Origin: Gammaproteobacteria bacterium
GTDB lineage: Bacteria; Pseudomonadota; Gammaproteobacteria; CAJXQU01
DNA: 64,000 nt
Direction of reading: 5' to 3'
NCBI GenBank assembly: GCA_965238175.1
Contig: CBDEGZ010000003.1
Coordinates: forward strand, 320,001-384,000
In this document: positions 9,351 to 19,689 of the stretch, one piece after another
How positions within the stretch are numbered: the first letter of the stretch is position 1
Layout of the letters: every line of letters starts with the position of its first letter
The notes under the pieces: generated by a model
The model's database searches: none
Seen by the model: only the letters and a program-made list of their open reading frames with translations
Told to the model about the DNA's origin: nothing
Translations under genes and position numbers: made by a program

Positions 9351-10016
9351 ATGATAGATTGGCAAAAAATTGATAGCGTATTTTTTGATATGGACGGAAC
9401 ATTGTTGGATCTTTATTTCGACAGTTACTTCTGGTTAACCTATCTTCCGAAGCGTTACGCAGAAATTCACAAAGTAGATGAACGTTCAGCGAGAAATCGA
9501 ATCATCCCTGAGCTGAAGAAGAAGGAAGGATCGCTAGAATGGTATTGTCTTGATCATTGGTCTGATCAATTTGAGATGGATTTGATTTCTTTAAAGCAAG
9601 AAGTTGCACATTTGATCCGTTACCGGCCATCGGCAAAGGAATTGCTTAAAAAGCTTAAACAAAAAAACAAACGTTTGATTCTAGCAACGAATGCGCATCA
9701 AGATGTTATCAACATTAAGTTTTCACATACCGATCTTGAAAGTTATTTTGATAATATTCTTTGCTCTCATGACTTTGGTATCGCGAAAGAAAACCCTGGT
9801 TTTTGGGAAGCTGCTTCCAAAGTTGAGCCTTTTGATAAAGAACGAACACTTTTTATCGATGATAATTTGAATGTGTTACGGCAGGCACAAGCTTTTGGTA
9901 TTAAATATCTTTTTGCGATTTATTTACCGGATAGTCAATTCCCGCCAAAGGAAACCAAAGAGTTTTTTGCGATTAAAGATTTTAGTGATCTGTTAATTGG
10001 TAAAAGTAATGCGTAG
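9351..10016 (+). CDS. yrfG: GMP/IMP nucleotidase (HAD superfamily)
   Basis: FDMDGTLLDL, L(E)WYCLDHWS, LATNAH, TLFIDDN. Confidence 0.88.
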   Translation: MIDWQKIDSVFFDMDGTLLDLYFDSYFWLTYLPKRYAEIHKVDERSARNRIIPELKKKEGSLEWYCLDHWSDQFEMDLISLKQEVAHLIRYRPSAKELLKKLKQKNKRLILATNAHQDVINIKFSHTDLESYFDNILCSHDFGIAKENPGFWEAASKVEPFDKERTLFIDDNLNVLRQAQAFGIKYLFAIYLPDSQFPPKETKEFFAIKDFSDLLIGKSNA

Positions 10017-10277
10017 TAGGAGCGAATTAGTGAAAGCTCTCATTGAGTACACAGAGGCTATATCACCATTAATGGAAGAGTTGCGCAGTTACGGTTGGGA
10101 TTCTGAGGAAGAATTGGTAATTCTAAAGCCAGAGCATGTCGCCCTTGTTATCAATATGTTTCTGTCTGGTAAATAAATGCGTGTGAAGTACGAGAGTGGG
10201 CAAATGCAATTGAAAGAAGGGAAGATATTGGGTTGCAAGTCAGCCACAAAGCCATCCTCGCTGAAATGGTTTTTTAA
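10009..10277 (+). pseudogene. Frameshifted small hypothetical protein
   Basis: From ATG 10009: MRSRSELVKALIEYTEAISPLMEELRSYGWDSEEELVILKPEHVALVINMFLSGK*, continuing in another frame as INACEVREWANAIERREDIGL. The two parts read as one protein-like sequence. Confidence 0.5.
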
Positions 10278-10341
10278 CTAGGTACTTCCGGTGTCGGACG
10301 CAACAAATGCGCTGGCTACTGAGGAACTAGCTGGACAAAAC

Positions 10342-11049
10342 TCAGTAAGTAATAAAAACAAAATCTCTTACTTTATGGCCTAAACGTATGCCTCTTTTTT
10401 CATAACGTGTTAGTGGCCGCCAGGCAGGTCTTGGTGCATAGATTTCTGATCCGGCCAGGTTGATCAATTCATCATTGTCTTTTGTTATCTTGGTAATATG
10501 ATTCGCATAATCCTGCCAGTCTGTTGCAATAAATAATCGACCATGTCTTTTTAATTTTCTTATGATCAATGACAAAAATTTTGACTGGATCAGGCGGCGT
10601 TTATTGTGTCGTGTTTTTGGCCATGGATCTGGAAAAAAAACCATAACCCCATCAAGGCTACGTTCAGGAATTGTTTCTTGAAGGCATTCCATCACATCAT
10701 CACGTAGTAGTCGAACATTACTGAGATTGTGTTGATCAATTTTTTGTAGAATGGTCCCAAGACCCGGAAAGTAGACTTCAATTCCGATGTAATCGTTATC
10801 TGGATTATTCTGAGCCAGAGAAATGATCGCATCACCGATACCGCAACCAATTTCTAAGAAGCGAGGTGCTTTGCGATTAAATATTTGATCAAGCTTAAGT
10901 ACATCTTTTTTTTCAAGCCCGTACTTTGGCCATAGAGTTGCTACTGCATCACGTTGGGCTTGAGTGATCCGGCCTTCTCGGCGAACAAAACTTTTTATTT
11001 CGCGTCGAATTACCGGCCGAATTGACATGTTTTGATCACTTGAAGACAC
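10342..11049 (-). CDS. trmB: tRNA (guanine-N7)-methyltransferase
   Basis: IKSFVRREGR, LEIGCGIG, FFPDPWPKTRH, ATDWQDY; downstream of thiG. Confidence 0.95.
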   Translation of the reverse strand: MSSSDQNMSIRPVIRREIKSFVRREGRITQAQRDAVATLWPKYGLEKKDVLKLDQIFNRKAPRFLEIGCGIGDAIISLAQNNPDNDYIGIEVYFPGLGTILQKIDQHNLSNVRLLRDDVMECLQETIPERSLDGVMVFFPDPWPKTRHNKRRLIQSKFLSLIIRKLKRHGRLFIATDWQDYANHITKITKDNDELINLAGSEIYAPRPAWRPLTRYEKRGIRLGHKVRDFVFITY

Positions 11050-11078
11050 AGATTTATATTTCTATTCTATTAATATTT

Positions 11079-11918
11079 CTAGAAAAAACGTCCATCAAGT
11101 GGTGAAGAAGCACTTGCAAATCGCCGCCTTGGCATTCTGCCCGCTAGAAATGCTTCGCGACCTGCTTCTATGCCCTTGCCCATTGCTGATGCCATAAGCA
11201 CAGGGTCATCTGCTTCGGCAATTGCTGTATTCATCAAAACTCCATCGCAACCTAATTCCATTGCAACGGCCGCATCAGATGCAGTACCGACACCGGCATC
11301 GACAATAATAGGAACAGCAGCATTTTCAACGATAGTGCGAATGTTGTAAGGATTTCTGATCCCAAGACCGGAGCCAATCGGTGCGGCCAGTGGCATGACA
11401 GCAACACAGCCCATTTCTTCAAGTCGTTTTGCCAGAATTGGGTCATCACTGCAGTAGACCATGACTTTGAAATTATCTTTGATCAAAATTTCCACAGCCT
11501 CAAGTGTTTCAGGCATAGCAGGGAATAAGGTTTTTTCATCACCGAGCACTTCAAGTTTGACGAGGTCATTGCCATCTAGTAGTTCGCGTGCGAGTTGGCA
11601 AGTTCGCACTGCGGAATCAACGTCATAACAACCTGCTGTATTTGGTAAGATAGTATATTTTTCAGGGCTGATCACATCGAGCAAGTTGGGCTGATTAGCA
11701 TTCTGACCGATGTTTACCCGGCGTATAGCAACGGTGACAATTTCGGCCTGACTGGCCTCTATTGCTTCACGAGTTTGATTAAGATCAACATACTTTCCAG
11801 TCCCAACTAATAGGCGAGATTGGTAACTTACGCCTGCAATTTCTATATGATCTTTTGGCAAGGTAAATGATTCCATCAAAATTAAAAACTGAATTATAAC
11901 CCAAACACTTTGTGACAT
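11079..11918 (-). CDS. thiG: Thiazole synthase (true start possibly ATG 11876)
   Basis: [45 protein letters not shown]. Confidence 0.97.
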   Translation of the reverse strand: MSQSVWVIIQFLILMESFTLPKDHIEIAGVSYQSRLLVGTGKYVDLNQTREAIEASQAEIVTVAIRRVNIGQNANQPNLLDVISPEKYTILPNTAGCYDVDSAVRTCQLARELLDGNDLVKLEVLGDEKTLFPAMPETLEAVEILIKDNFKVMVYCSDDPILAKRLEEMGCVAVMPLAAPIGSGLGIRNPYNIRTIVENAAVPIIVDAGVGTASDAAVAMELGCDGVLMNTAIAEADDPVLMASAMGKGIEAGREAFLAGRMPRRRFASASSPLDGRFF

Positions 11919-11940
11919 CTTTCGGTAGTTTTAACTTAGC

Positions 11941-12153
11941 TTAAGAGCCACCACCGATTGCGTATACGATCTCAACACGATCTTTATTGGTTAAGAGATG
12001 ATTGGAATGATTGGAGCGTGGAATAATTTCGCCATTAACGTCTATGGCGAGTCTTCCTTGGATATTTAGTAATTTTAGAAGATCGATCAAACTGGTGTTT
12101 TCAGATATGGAATGTGGTTCACCATTGACTATGATCTCAATATGATCAGGCAT
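11941..12153 (-). CDS. thiS: Thiamine biosynthesis sulfur carrier
   Basis: IIVNGE, DVNGEIIPRS, DRVEIVYAIGGG near the C-terminus; upstream of thiG. Confidence 0.92.
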   Translation of the reverse strand: MPDHIEIIVNGEPHSISENTSLIDLLKLLNIQGRLAIDVNGEIIPRSNHSNHLLTNKDRVEIVYAIGGGS

Positions 12154-12697
12154 CGTCTTTGATTCTTAAAAGAATGTAATCCATGTTATTTGAGGATAAG
12201 CGTTGGCGCACACCGTTGAGTTTAGATTGATCTTTGTAGGGCCCGACGCGTACACGGAACCAGATTTTTTGACCATTGATCACAACGCGTTGGATCTCCA
12301 CAGGAAACCCGAGTAAGGCTAATTTCGCTTTTACTTTGTCAGCATCAGCATGTTTTTGGAATGAGCCTACTTGAAATACAAATGCGCCTGTTTTGATTTC
12401 TTTACCACTGGAATTCTTCACTTTTGGAGGTTCCCATTCCGGGACTTTTACTTCGCGTTCTGGGAGAATCGTATAAAAATCGAAGGTAACTTCTTCGTCT
12501 TCTGCCGTAACAACCTTGCTATTAGTGGGCACTGTTTCAACTTCAATCTCAGGTAATGCATGATTAATTGCAGCCCCTTTTAAATAGACCACGAACGCAA
12601 TAAAGAGGCCGATACTAAGCCCTGTGACAAAAGGCAGTATATTTCCCTGTTGCTGTGCTTTTGGGGTTCTACGGTTTGTCTTTGTGTTTCGCGCCAT
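12146..12697 (-). CDS. SPOR-domain cell division protein (FtsN-like)
   Basis: N-terminal TM helix, FDFYTILP motif, C-terminal SPOR (FQVGSF..WFRVRVGPY). Confidence 0.85.
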   Translation of the reverse strand: MARNTKTNRRTPKAQQQGNILPFVTGLSIGLFIAFVVYLKGAAINHALPEIEVETVPTNSKVVTAEDEEVTFDFYTILPEREVKVPEWEPPKVKNSSGKEIKTGAFVFQVGSFQKHADADKVKAKLALLGFPVEIQRVVINGQKIWFRVRVGPYKDQSKLNGVRQRLSSNNMDYILLRIKDDA

Positions 12698-12787
12698 TCT
12701 TTATTAATCATTTATTTAAAGTAGTTTGTGAACAATATACTAAATACATCTAAAATTTAAGTATATTTTAGGTAAATTTTTCACAAG

Positions 12788-15028
12788 TTAAAAAGTATCT
12801 TGTGGATCAACATCCAGAGACCAGCGTAAGTTTGCTGGTTTTTTTAGCGATTCTATCAGCGGGATCCACAAATCTAAAATGTGATGAAGCTGTTGTCGTT
12901 TAGTAGATTGAATAATCAATTGCGCACGATAACGACCAGCACGCCTTTCCATCTGTGCGGCGACGGGACCCCAGATCTCAATTTCTTCTGGCATAACTAG
13001 CTGCGTTTTAGCAGCGTGTAAAAAATTCAGTGCATGGCCAGGTCGAATAGAATCTGCGCGTATAATCACCATCGAAGAAAAGGGGGGTAGGATTGCTTCA
13101 GATCGTTCTGACATTAATTGCCTAGCTAAGTCAGAAAAATCATATTTAGAGAGCGATTGTAAAACAGGATGCTCGGGATGATGCGTCTGGATCAAAACCT
13201 CGCCAGGATGTTCAGCTCGCCCCGCCCGTCCAGCAACTTGAATGATCAACTGCGCCAATCTTTCGGTAGATCTGAAATCTGATCCATACAGGCGGTTATC
13301 AGCATCAAGCACGCCCACGAGTGTCACATTGGGAAAATGATGGCCTTTGGAAAGCATTTGCGTGCCGACTAAGATGTTCGCTTCATTACTTTGGATCATC
13401 GCCAGCATTCGATCCATTTCACCTTTCCGGCTGGTGCTATCACGATCTATACGCAAAATTTTTGCATCGGGGAAAAGGCCTTTCAAAGCCTCCGCAATTT
13501 GCTCGGTGCCTTGGCCCATTGGGGTTAATTTTGAGTCCTCACATTCTGGGCAATTAGTCTGCGTTCTTTGTTGCATTCCACAGTGGTGGCAGCGCATTTG
13601 CCCCGCAGCCTGATGAAAAGTCAAATTTGCATCACAATGACGGCAGGATGCAATCCAGCCACAGTCATGGCACATCATTACTGGGGAAAAACCGCGTCTA
13701 TTGAGAAATAATAATGCTTGTTTATTCTCCTTCAGACAGTCTTCAATTTTATTGATCAAAAGTTTAGAAAGCCCACTGATCAAATCAGCTGCTTTAATAT
13801 CAAGAAATTTAATCGGCGGTTGAACCGCATTTCCTGCACGCTCAGGTAAGATCAAATGTTGACACTTTCCCTGTTGAATATTGTTTAGAGTTTCCAGTGA
13901 GGGTGTCGCGCTTCCAAGCAGGATCGGGATACCTTCATACTTGGCCCTGACTATTGCGATATCTCTTGCAGAATAACGAAAGCCGTCTTGTTGTTTATAA
14001 GATCCATCGTGTTCTTCATCGACAATGATAACGCCCAAGTTTGACATGGGCGTCCAGATTGCTGATCGTGTTCCAATAGCAATAGCGGCTTTTCCATCAC
14101 GTGCAAATAACCAGGCCTTGAGTCGTTCTTGATCGCTGAGGCCAGAATGAAGTACGGTAATCGGGCAATGAAATCTTTGTTTAAATCGATTAATTAATTG
14201 TGCGGTAAGACCGATCTCTGGGATCAAGATTAATGCTTGACGGTTTTCTGATATGACCTTATCAATTACCCGGAAGTAAACTTCCGTTTTGCCACTCCCG
14301 GTCACACCATCAAGCATGAAGGCATCGAATTTTTCGAGAGAGGCTGAAATTTTTTCGACTGAAGTTGCCTGGTGCTTATTTAATTCAGGAAGCTTTGGTT
14401 TTTGATCGATGGTTAAATATTCAGAAGGTAAGCAAACACTTTCTTTTTCAAACTCTTTGACCCAACCTTTTTCTATCAAACGGGTGATAACACTGTGCCA
14501 GCCAGTCCCAGTTTTGATCAAACTCTCAGCGGATAAACCCTCAGGATTCTTTGACAATAAATTAAGTAACTGTTTTTGTTTTACTGCGCGGTTTAACGTT
14601 GGGTCTTGAATAGAAGGTGCTGAATGGGTGATGCGCCAGAATTGTATGGTCGGTAAAACTGCTGCAGCACCCTGACGAAGCAGAGTTGGAATAGCCGAAA
14701 ATAAGGTTTCACCAATTGAATGGTGATAGTAAGCATTCGCCCACAATAATAATTTAAGTTGTTTCTCTGAGAATAGTGGAGTTGACTCAAGGATCTCAGA
14801 ACAGACTTTTAATTTGTTTTGATCATAATCTGTCGAATTAAAAACGTCGAGTAAGATGCCGATGCGGTCATTATTCTTTTTTGAATTACCAAATGGAACT
14901 CTGATGCGTATACCAGGTTTTAGATTATCATGATCAATATCTTCTGGCGGTAAGTAATCAAAAGCTCGTCTTAGAGGTATGGGAAGGACTATCCGCAGTA
15001 AGGTTTGGGGAAGCTGTTTGTTAGTCAC
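12788..15028 (-). CDS. priA: Primosomal protein N'
   Basis: GVTGSGKTEVY, DEEH, LNRRG, CxxC zinc motifs, QVAGRAGR, C-terminal DVDP. Confidence 0.97.
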   Translation of the reverse strand: MTNKQLPQTLLRIVLPIPLRRAFDYLPPEDIDHDNLKPGIRIRVPFGNSKKNNDRIGILLDVFNSTDYDQNKLKVCSEILESTPLFSEKQLKLLLWANAYYHHSIGETLFSAIPTLLRQGAAAVLPTIQFWRITHSAPSIQDPTLNRAVKQKQLLNLLSKNPEGLSAESLIKTGTGWHSVITRLIEKGWVKEFEKESVCLPSEYLTIDQKPKLPELNKHQATSVEKISASLEKFDAFMLDGVTGSGKTEVYFRVIDKVISENRQALILIPEIGLTAQLINRFKQRFHCPITVLHSGLSDQERLKAWLFARDGKAAIAIGTRSAIWTPMSNLGVIIVDEEHDGSYKQQDGFRYSARDIAIVRAKYEGIPILLGSATPSLETLNNIQQGKCQHLILPERAGNAVQPPIKFLDIKAADLISGLSKLLINKIEDCLKENKQALLFLNRRGFSPVMMCHDCGWIASCRHCDANLTFHQAAGQMRCHHCGMQQRTQTNCPECEDSKLTPMGQGTEQIAEALKGLFPDAKILRIDRDSTSRKGEMDRMLAMIQSNEANILVGTQMLSKGHHFPNVTLVGVLDADNRLYGSDFRSTERLAQLIIQVAGRAGRAEHPGEVLIQTHHPEHPVLQSLSKYDFSDLARQLMSERSEAILPPFSSMVIIRADSIRPGHALNFLHAAKTQLVMPEEIEIWGPVAAQMERRAGRYRAQLIIQSTKRQQLHHILDLWIPLIESLKKPANLRWSLDVDPQDTF

Positions 15029-15035
15029 GTTCCTA

Positions 15036-15245
15036 GGTACTCAAGATACCTAAAAATGCAGGATTTATAGCGCATCTTTTTTCACCCAGAGCATCGTTGC
15101 TTCTCCTTGCAGGGATGGTGGCCATGCGTGTCGTCACGCCTCGCTCTGAATAAAAAGGGATAACACTCGGCTCTGGCTTCCTGCATCGCTCTACCTCCAT
15201 CCCTGGAGTCGTCTAAATCCTGCATTTTCAAGCATCATGGGTATA
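15036..15245. mobile_element. ERIC-like MITE, copy 2, between mrcA and priA
   Basis: Imperfect terminal IR TACTCAAGATACCTAAAAATGCAGGATTTA...TAAATCCTGCATTTTCAAGCATCATGGGTATA; its reverse complement aligns by eye with 50373-50676. Confidence 0.75.
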
Positions 15246-15248
15246 GAT

Positions 15249-17606
15249 CTAAAATAACTGTTCGGGGATCCCGCTTTCAGTTGCTTCTCCAGAATCAGGA
15301 TCGGTAATGACTGAAATTTCCTCAGGGGCATTTTCTTCCCTGAAAAATTCAAGATAAGAACCTTTTTGCCCCAACTGCGCTGGTAAACCTTTTTGTTTAT
15401 CGACATTAATCGTCACAATACCTGGTGGTTCAATAGGTAATGACTCTGGCGTGCCTTCTAGTGCAACTCGCATATAATCGATCCACATCGGAAGAGCAGC
15501 TCGCCCACCTGTCTCTACTGAACCTAAGGGCCGAATTTGATCAAAGCCAACCCAGGCGGTCGTGACTACATTAGTATTAAATCCTGAGAACCAGGCATCT
15601 TGTTGATCGTTTGTTGTACCGGTTTTACCAGATAGATCTTCTCGACCTAGAACCAAAGCACGTTTGCCTGTACCGGCTCTGATCACATCTCTCATCATTG
15701 AAGAAATAATATAAACATTACGTGGATCAACAACCTGTTTTGACAGCCCATCAGTTTGTGCAATCTCTTCTGGGCTGCATTCACGGCATATGCGATCAGG
15801 CGTTTCTTGAAATACGATTTTACCATCAGCGGTTTCTATCCGTTGAATAAAATAAGGCTTGGTTAAATACCCTCCATTAGCTATAACCGTATAGGCTCTG
15901 GCTAATTCTAAAGGTGATATGGCGCCACTACCAAGTGATAAGGAAAGATCTCTTGGTAAACGTTTTGTGTCAAAACCAAACTTTGCGATATGTTCCATAG
16001 CTGTGTTGATACCCACGGAACGTAGTAAGCGGATAGAAATCAAGTTTCGAGAATATGTCAATGCTGAACGAAGTCGAGTTGGGCCACGGTATTTACCACT
16101 ATAATTCTCAGGCCGCCATGTATCCTCAAGACCTGGGTCATCGAATACGACCGGGGCGTCATTAACCAGACTTGCTGCAGTGTAACCATCCTCTAACGCA
16201 GCTGAGTAAATAAAGGGTTTAAAGCTCGAACCAGGTTGTCTTTGTGCTTGCACAGCACGATTGAATTTACTGTGATTAAAAGCGAAACCACCTGAAAGCG
16301 CGAGAATTGATCCGTCTTCTGGAGAGAGTGAAACCAATGCACCTTCGATATCGGGTATTTGAGTGAGCTTTAAGCCTTCGTCCGTTTTTGCAATTCTAAT
16401 TAGATCGCCAGTTTGAAATAATTCGATCGCAGTTTTAGGCTTTTCTCCACGTTTATTTTCATCGATGTATCGTCGCGCCCAGTTCATACCCTCCCAATCA
16501 AGTGTGATCAAGCCTTCGTTTTTGAGATAAACATCAGCAGATTGATCATAAACACTGATTACCAGAGCAGGGTGCAAATCTCCAAGTACAGGATAGCTTT
16601 CCAATATTTGGATCCAATCACCATCTCCGGCACTTTCTGCAAGATCATAATGTTGTTCTGGGCCTCGATAACCATGTCGTACATCGTAGTTAATCAATGC
16701 TTTGCGTAACGCTTGATCAGCCGCATTTTGGAGAGGATCACTGATCGTTGTGTAAACCTTGTAGCCTGTTGTATATGCGGCTTCGCCGAATTGTTTCACC
16801 ATATGACTGCGGACCATTTCAGCAACATAAGGGGAGCTGGTATCAGGCACTTTGTGATGGATGCGTGCGGTTATCGGTGCATTTACTGCTACTTGATGTT
16901 CCTCATCGGTGATATCACCCAATTCCAACAGGCGTCTGAGAACATAATTCCTTCTTTGTAATGCGCGTTCTGGACTAGTGATTGGATTAATACGAGAAGG
17001 TGCTTTTGGTAGGCTAGCCAACATTGCCGCTTGAGCAAGATCGAGTTCAGATAGTGGGCGGCCGTAATAAAGTTCTGATGCAGCGACTATTCCGTATGAT
17101 CTGTGGCCTAAATAGATCTTATTGAAATAGAGTTCCAGAATACTCTCTTTATCAAGTTCACTTTCTATTTTTAGTGCTAACAGAATTTCCCGTAATTTCC
17201 GGGTGTAAGTTCTTTCTGGTGTGAGGAAAAAATTTCGTGCTACTTGCATTGTAATAGTACTACCCCCCTGCGCACGCTCACCGGTTTGGATCAAAAGCAT
17301 TACTGCTCGTGCAATACCTTGCCAATCGACACCAGGGTGTTCAAAAAAGCGATCATCCTCTGCCGCAAGGAATGCATCCACAACCGAGTCAGGGACATCT
17401 GCATAAACCACCGGAAGTCGCCGTTTTTCACCAAACTCTGACATCAAAGAGCCTTCGAGAGTGTATACACGCAGTGGGACAGAGAACTGAACGTGTTGTA
17501 AAGAATCGGTTGGAGGTAATCCTGGTAGCAGGTAGTAAAGGCCAGCTGCAATGGTGACAATCCCAGCTAAGCTCATGAAGAATATTGAATTAATGAGGAA
17601 TCTCAT
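15249..17606 (-). CDS. mrcA: Penicillin-binding protein 1A
   Basis: Transglycosylase EDDRFFEHPG, GGSTITMQVARN; transpeptidase SSFK, SRN, KTG; divergent from pilM. Confidence 0.96.
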   Translation of the reverse strand: MRFLINSIFFMSLAGIVTIAAGLYYLLPGLPPTDSLQHVQFSVPLRVYTLEGSLMSEFGEKRRLPVVYADVPDSVVDAFLAAEDDRFFEHPGVDWQGIARAVMLLIQTGERAQGGSTITMQVARNFFLTPERTYTRKLREILLALKIESELDKESILELYFNKIYLGHRSYGIVAASELYYGRPLSELDLAQAAMLASLPKAPSRINPITSPERALQRRNYVLRRLLELGDITDEEHQVAVNAPITARIHHKVPDTSSPYVAEMVRSHMVKQFGEAAYTTGYKVYTTISDPLQNAADQALRKALINYDVRHGYRGPEQHYDLAESAGDGDWIQILESYPVLGDLHPALVISVYDQSADVYLKNEGLITLDWEGMNWARRYIDENKRGEKPKTAIELFQTGDLIRIAKTDEGLKLTQIPDIEGALVSLSPEDGSILALSGGFAFNHSKFNRAVQAQRQPGSSFKPFIYSAALEDGYTAASLVNDAPVVFDDPGLEDTWRPENYSGKYRGPTRLRSALTYSRNLISIRLLRSVGINTAMEHIAKFGFDTKRLPRDLSLSLGSGAISPLELARAYTVIANGGYLTKPYFIQRIETADGKIVFQETPDRICRECSPEEIAQTDGLSKQVVDPRNVYIISSMMRDVIRAGTGKRALVLGREDLSGKTGTTNDQQDAWFSGFNTNVVTTAWVGFDQIRPLGSVETGGRAALPMWIDYMRVALEGTPESLPIEPPGIVTINVDKQKGLPAQLGQKGSYLEFFREENAPEEISVITDPDSGEATESGIPEQLF

Positions 17607-17703
17607 AACGGTTCTATTTTCAGGTTTGTCAACACAAAATGTCTGGCCTAAATTTTGCTTCCATGTTTTGTGAAAAATTAAAAAATTGTGATAACGATAT
17701 GCA

Positions 17704-18024
17704 ACGTAATACTACAGGATTATAGGAATTAACCGATAACTGGATTAACGCACGAGAGTAATGTTCTCACACTTTGGCTTTATATGTTTTAAATAATTGT
17801 AGATACATAAAACACACTTAATTTTATTGATTATTTTTGTGGAAAGTTTAAGAGAACGATACGAGACGTAATACTACAGGATTAAGGAATTAAAGGAATT
17901 AAAGGAATTAACCGATAGCTTTATTAACGCACCTTAATAAGGTTCTCACACTTTGTGTTTTATATGTTTTAAATAAATGTAGATACATGAAACGCACTTA
18001 AATTTATTGATCATTTTTTGGAAA
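17704..18024. repeat. Imperfect tandem duplication (~142 and ~159 bp) in the mrcA/pilM divergent promoter region
   Basis: Copies at 17704-17845 and 17866-18024 both run ACGTAATACTACAGGATTA...GTTCTCACACTTTG...TTTATATGTTTTAAATAA.TGTAGATACAT...GGAAA. Copy 2 contains (AAGGAATTA)x3 at 17884-17910. Confidence 0.9.
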
Positions 18025-18049
18025 TGGTTAATACAGAAAGGAAATTGTA

Positions 18050-19114
18050 ATGTCCTTCTTTAAAAGTAAATCGAAATCGATGCTTGGAATTGATATCAGT
18101 TCCACATCTATAAAACTGTTGGAGATATCTCGCTCAGGGAAAGGCTATCGTGTAGAAAGTTATTCGGTAGAGCCTCTCCCGCCGAGTTCAGTAGTAGAAA
18201 AAAATATTACGGATGTGGAGCTTGTGGCTGAGGCTATATCCAGGGCTGTTAAGAAGTCCCGCTCGAAAACAAAATCAGTTGCATGTGCTGTAGCTGGTTC
18301 GGCAGTGATAACGAAGATTCTTAGTATGTCAGCAGATCTCACAGAAGATGAAATGGAAAGACAAATAGAAGTTGAGGCAGATCAATACATACCCTACCCA
18401 TTAGAAGAAGTTAGATTAGATTTTGAAGTCTTACAGCCTTCGGTGACCGAGGCTGGTCAGGTGGATGTGCTTCTTGCGGCCTCGCGTAGCGATAATGTCG
18501 ATGTTCGAGTAGCGGCAATAGAATTAGCAGGCCTAAAGACCGATGTTGTTGATGTTGAAGCTTTTGCTCTTGAAAACTCAGTCAGACTTTTAGTACAGGA
18601 AACAGGCATTGTTGATCAAAATAAAACTATTGCTGTAGTTGATGTTGGAGCAACAATGACGACACTAAGTGTGCTCGATAATCTCAACATTATATATACA
18701 CGAGAACAAGTTTTTGGCGGTAAACAACTGACGGAAGATATCCAAAAACGTTATGAACTTTCATATGAGGAAGCGGGGCTGGCCAAAAAGCAAGGTGGGC
18801 TCCCAGAAAATTATGAGCAGGAAGTTCTAGACCCTTTCCGTGAAGCAATGTCTCAGCAAATCAATAGAGCTTTACAATTTTTTTATGCTTCAAGCAACGA
18901 TATTGACGCAGTCGATCACATTATTCTTGCAGGTGGATGTGCATCAACGACGGGGATTTGTGAACTAATTGAAGCAAAAACGGGTGCAACGGTAAATATA
19001 GCGAATCCTTTTAGAGATATGCCAGTCGCCTCTGGAGTTCGTTCCGATGCTCTTAACAATGATGCACCGGCCATGATGATCGCCTGCGGATTAGCGTTGA
19101 GGGGCTTTAGCTAA
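18050..19114 (+). CDS. pilM: Type IV pilus assembly protein PilM
   Basis: LGIDISSTSIKLLE, DQYIPYPLEEV, LAGGCA, ACGLALRGF. Confidence 0.96.
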   Translation: MSFFKSKSKSMLGIDISSTSIKLLEISRSGKGYRVESYSVEPLPPSSVVEKNITDVELVAEAISRAVKKSRSKTKSVACAVAGSAVITKILSMSADLTEDEMERQIEVEADQYIPYPLEEVRLDFEVLQPSVTEAGQVDVLLAASRSDNVDVRVAAIELAGLKTDVVDVEAFALENSVRLLVQETGIVDQNKTIAVVDVGATMTTLSVLDNLNIIYTREQVFGGKQLTEDIQKRYELSYEEAGLAKKQGGLPENYEQEVLDPFREAMSQQINRALQFFYASSNDIDAVDHIILAGGCASTTGICELIEAKTGATVNIANPFRDMPVASGVRSDALNNDAPAMMIACGLALRGFS

Positions 19115-19689
19115 TGTCTAATATTAATTTACTACCTTGGCGTGAAGAGCGTCGTGAAGCACGAAAAAAACATTTCATTGCTTCGCTTGGTATGACAGCT
19201 TTTATGGCGATTGTAGCGATCGCAGTGGGACATCTTTATTTTGACAAATTGATCTCGAATCAAAATAATCGAAATACATTTCTAGAACAGGAAATTTCTG
19301 GACTTGAAGAAGAAATTTCTGAGATTAGAAGTTTGGAAAAAGAAAAAAGTAGTCTGATTGCGAGAATGCGTGCGATTGAAACCTTACAAACAAGTCGACC
19401 GTTAGTCGTCCATTTGTTTGATGAGCTTGTTACGAGTTTACCGGAAGGAATTTACATTACTGAAATACAGCAACATTCTGAGGTTTTAACAATAAAAGGT
19501 TCAGCACAGTCAAATGCACGTGTTTCAAATTTCATGCGTAATCTTGAAGCTTCTAAATGGTTAACAGGCGCAACGTTAGAGATCATTGAAAGTAAAGAAG
19601 AAACACGAGATCGCTCTAACAAATTTACCTTAAAGATCCAGCAGGTGCCTGTTCATATAGAGGAAGGTTCCGGGGAGGTTGAATCATGA
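19114..19689 (+). CDS. pilN: Type IV pilus assembly protein PilN
   Basis: INLLPWREE signature, AQSNARVSNFMRNL. Confidence 0.96.
   Translation: MSNINLLPWREERREARKKHFIASLGMTAFMAIVAIAVGHLYFDKLISNQNNRNTFLEQEISGLEEEISEIRSLEKEKSSLIARMRAIETLQTSRPLVVHLFDELVTSLPEGIYITEIQQHSEVLTIKGSAQSNARVSNFMRNLEASKWLTGATLEIIESKEETRDRSNKFTLKIQQVPVHIEEGSGEVES

Noticed and set aside
12146-15028. priA directly followed by the SPOR gene without argS
   Set aside because: Ordinary gene-order variation; no remnant or other signal.
17704-18024. Possible CRISPR array
   Set aside because: Only two long diverged copies and a 9-bp triplet; no repeat-spacer periodicity and no cas genes. No CRISPR array was seen anywhere in the window.
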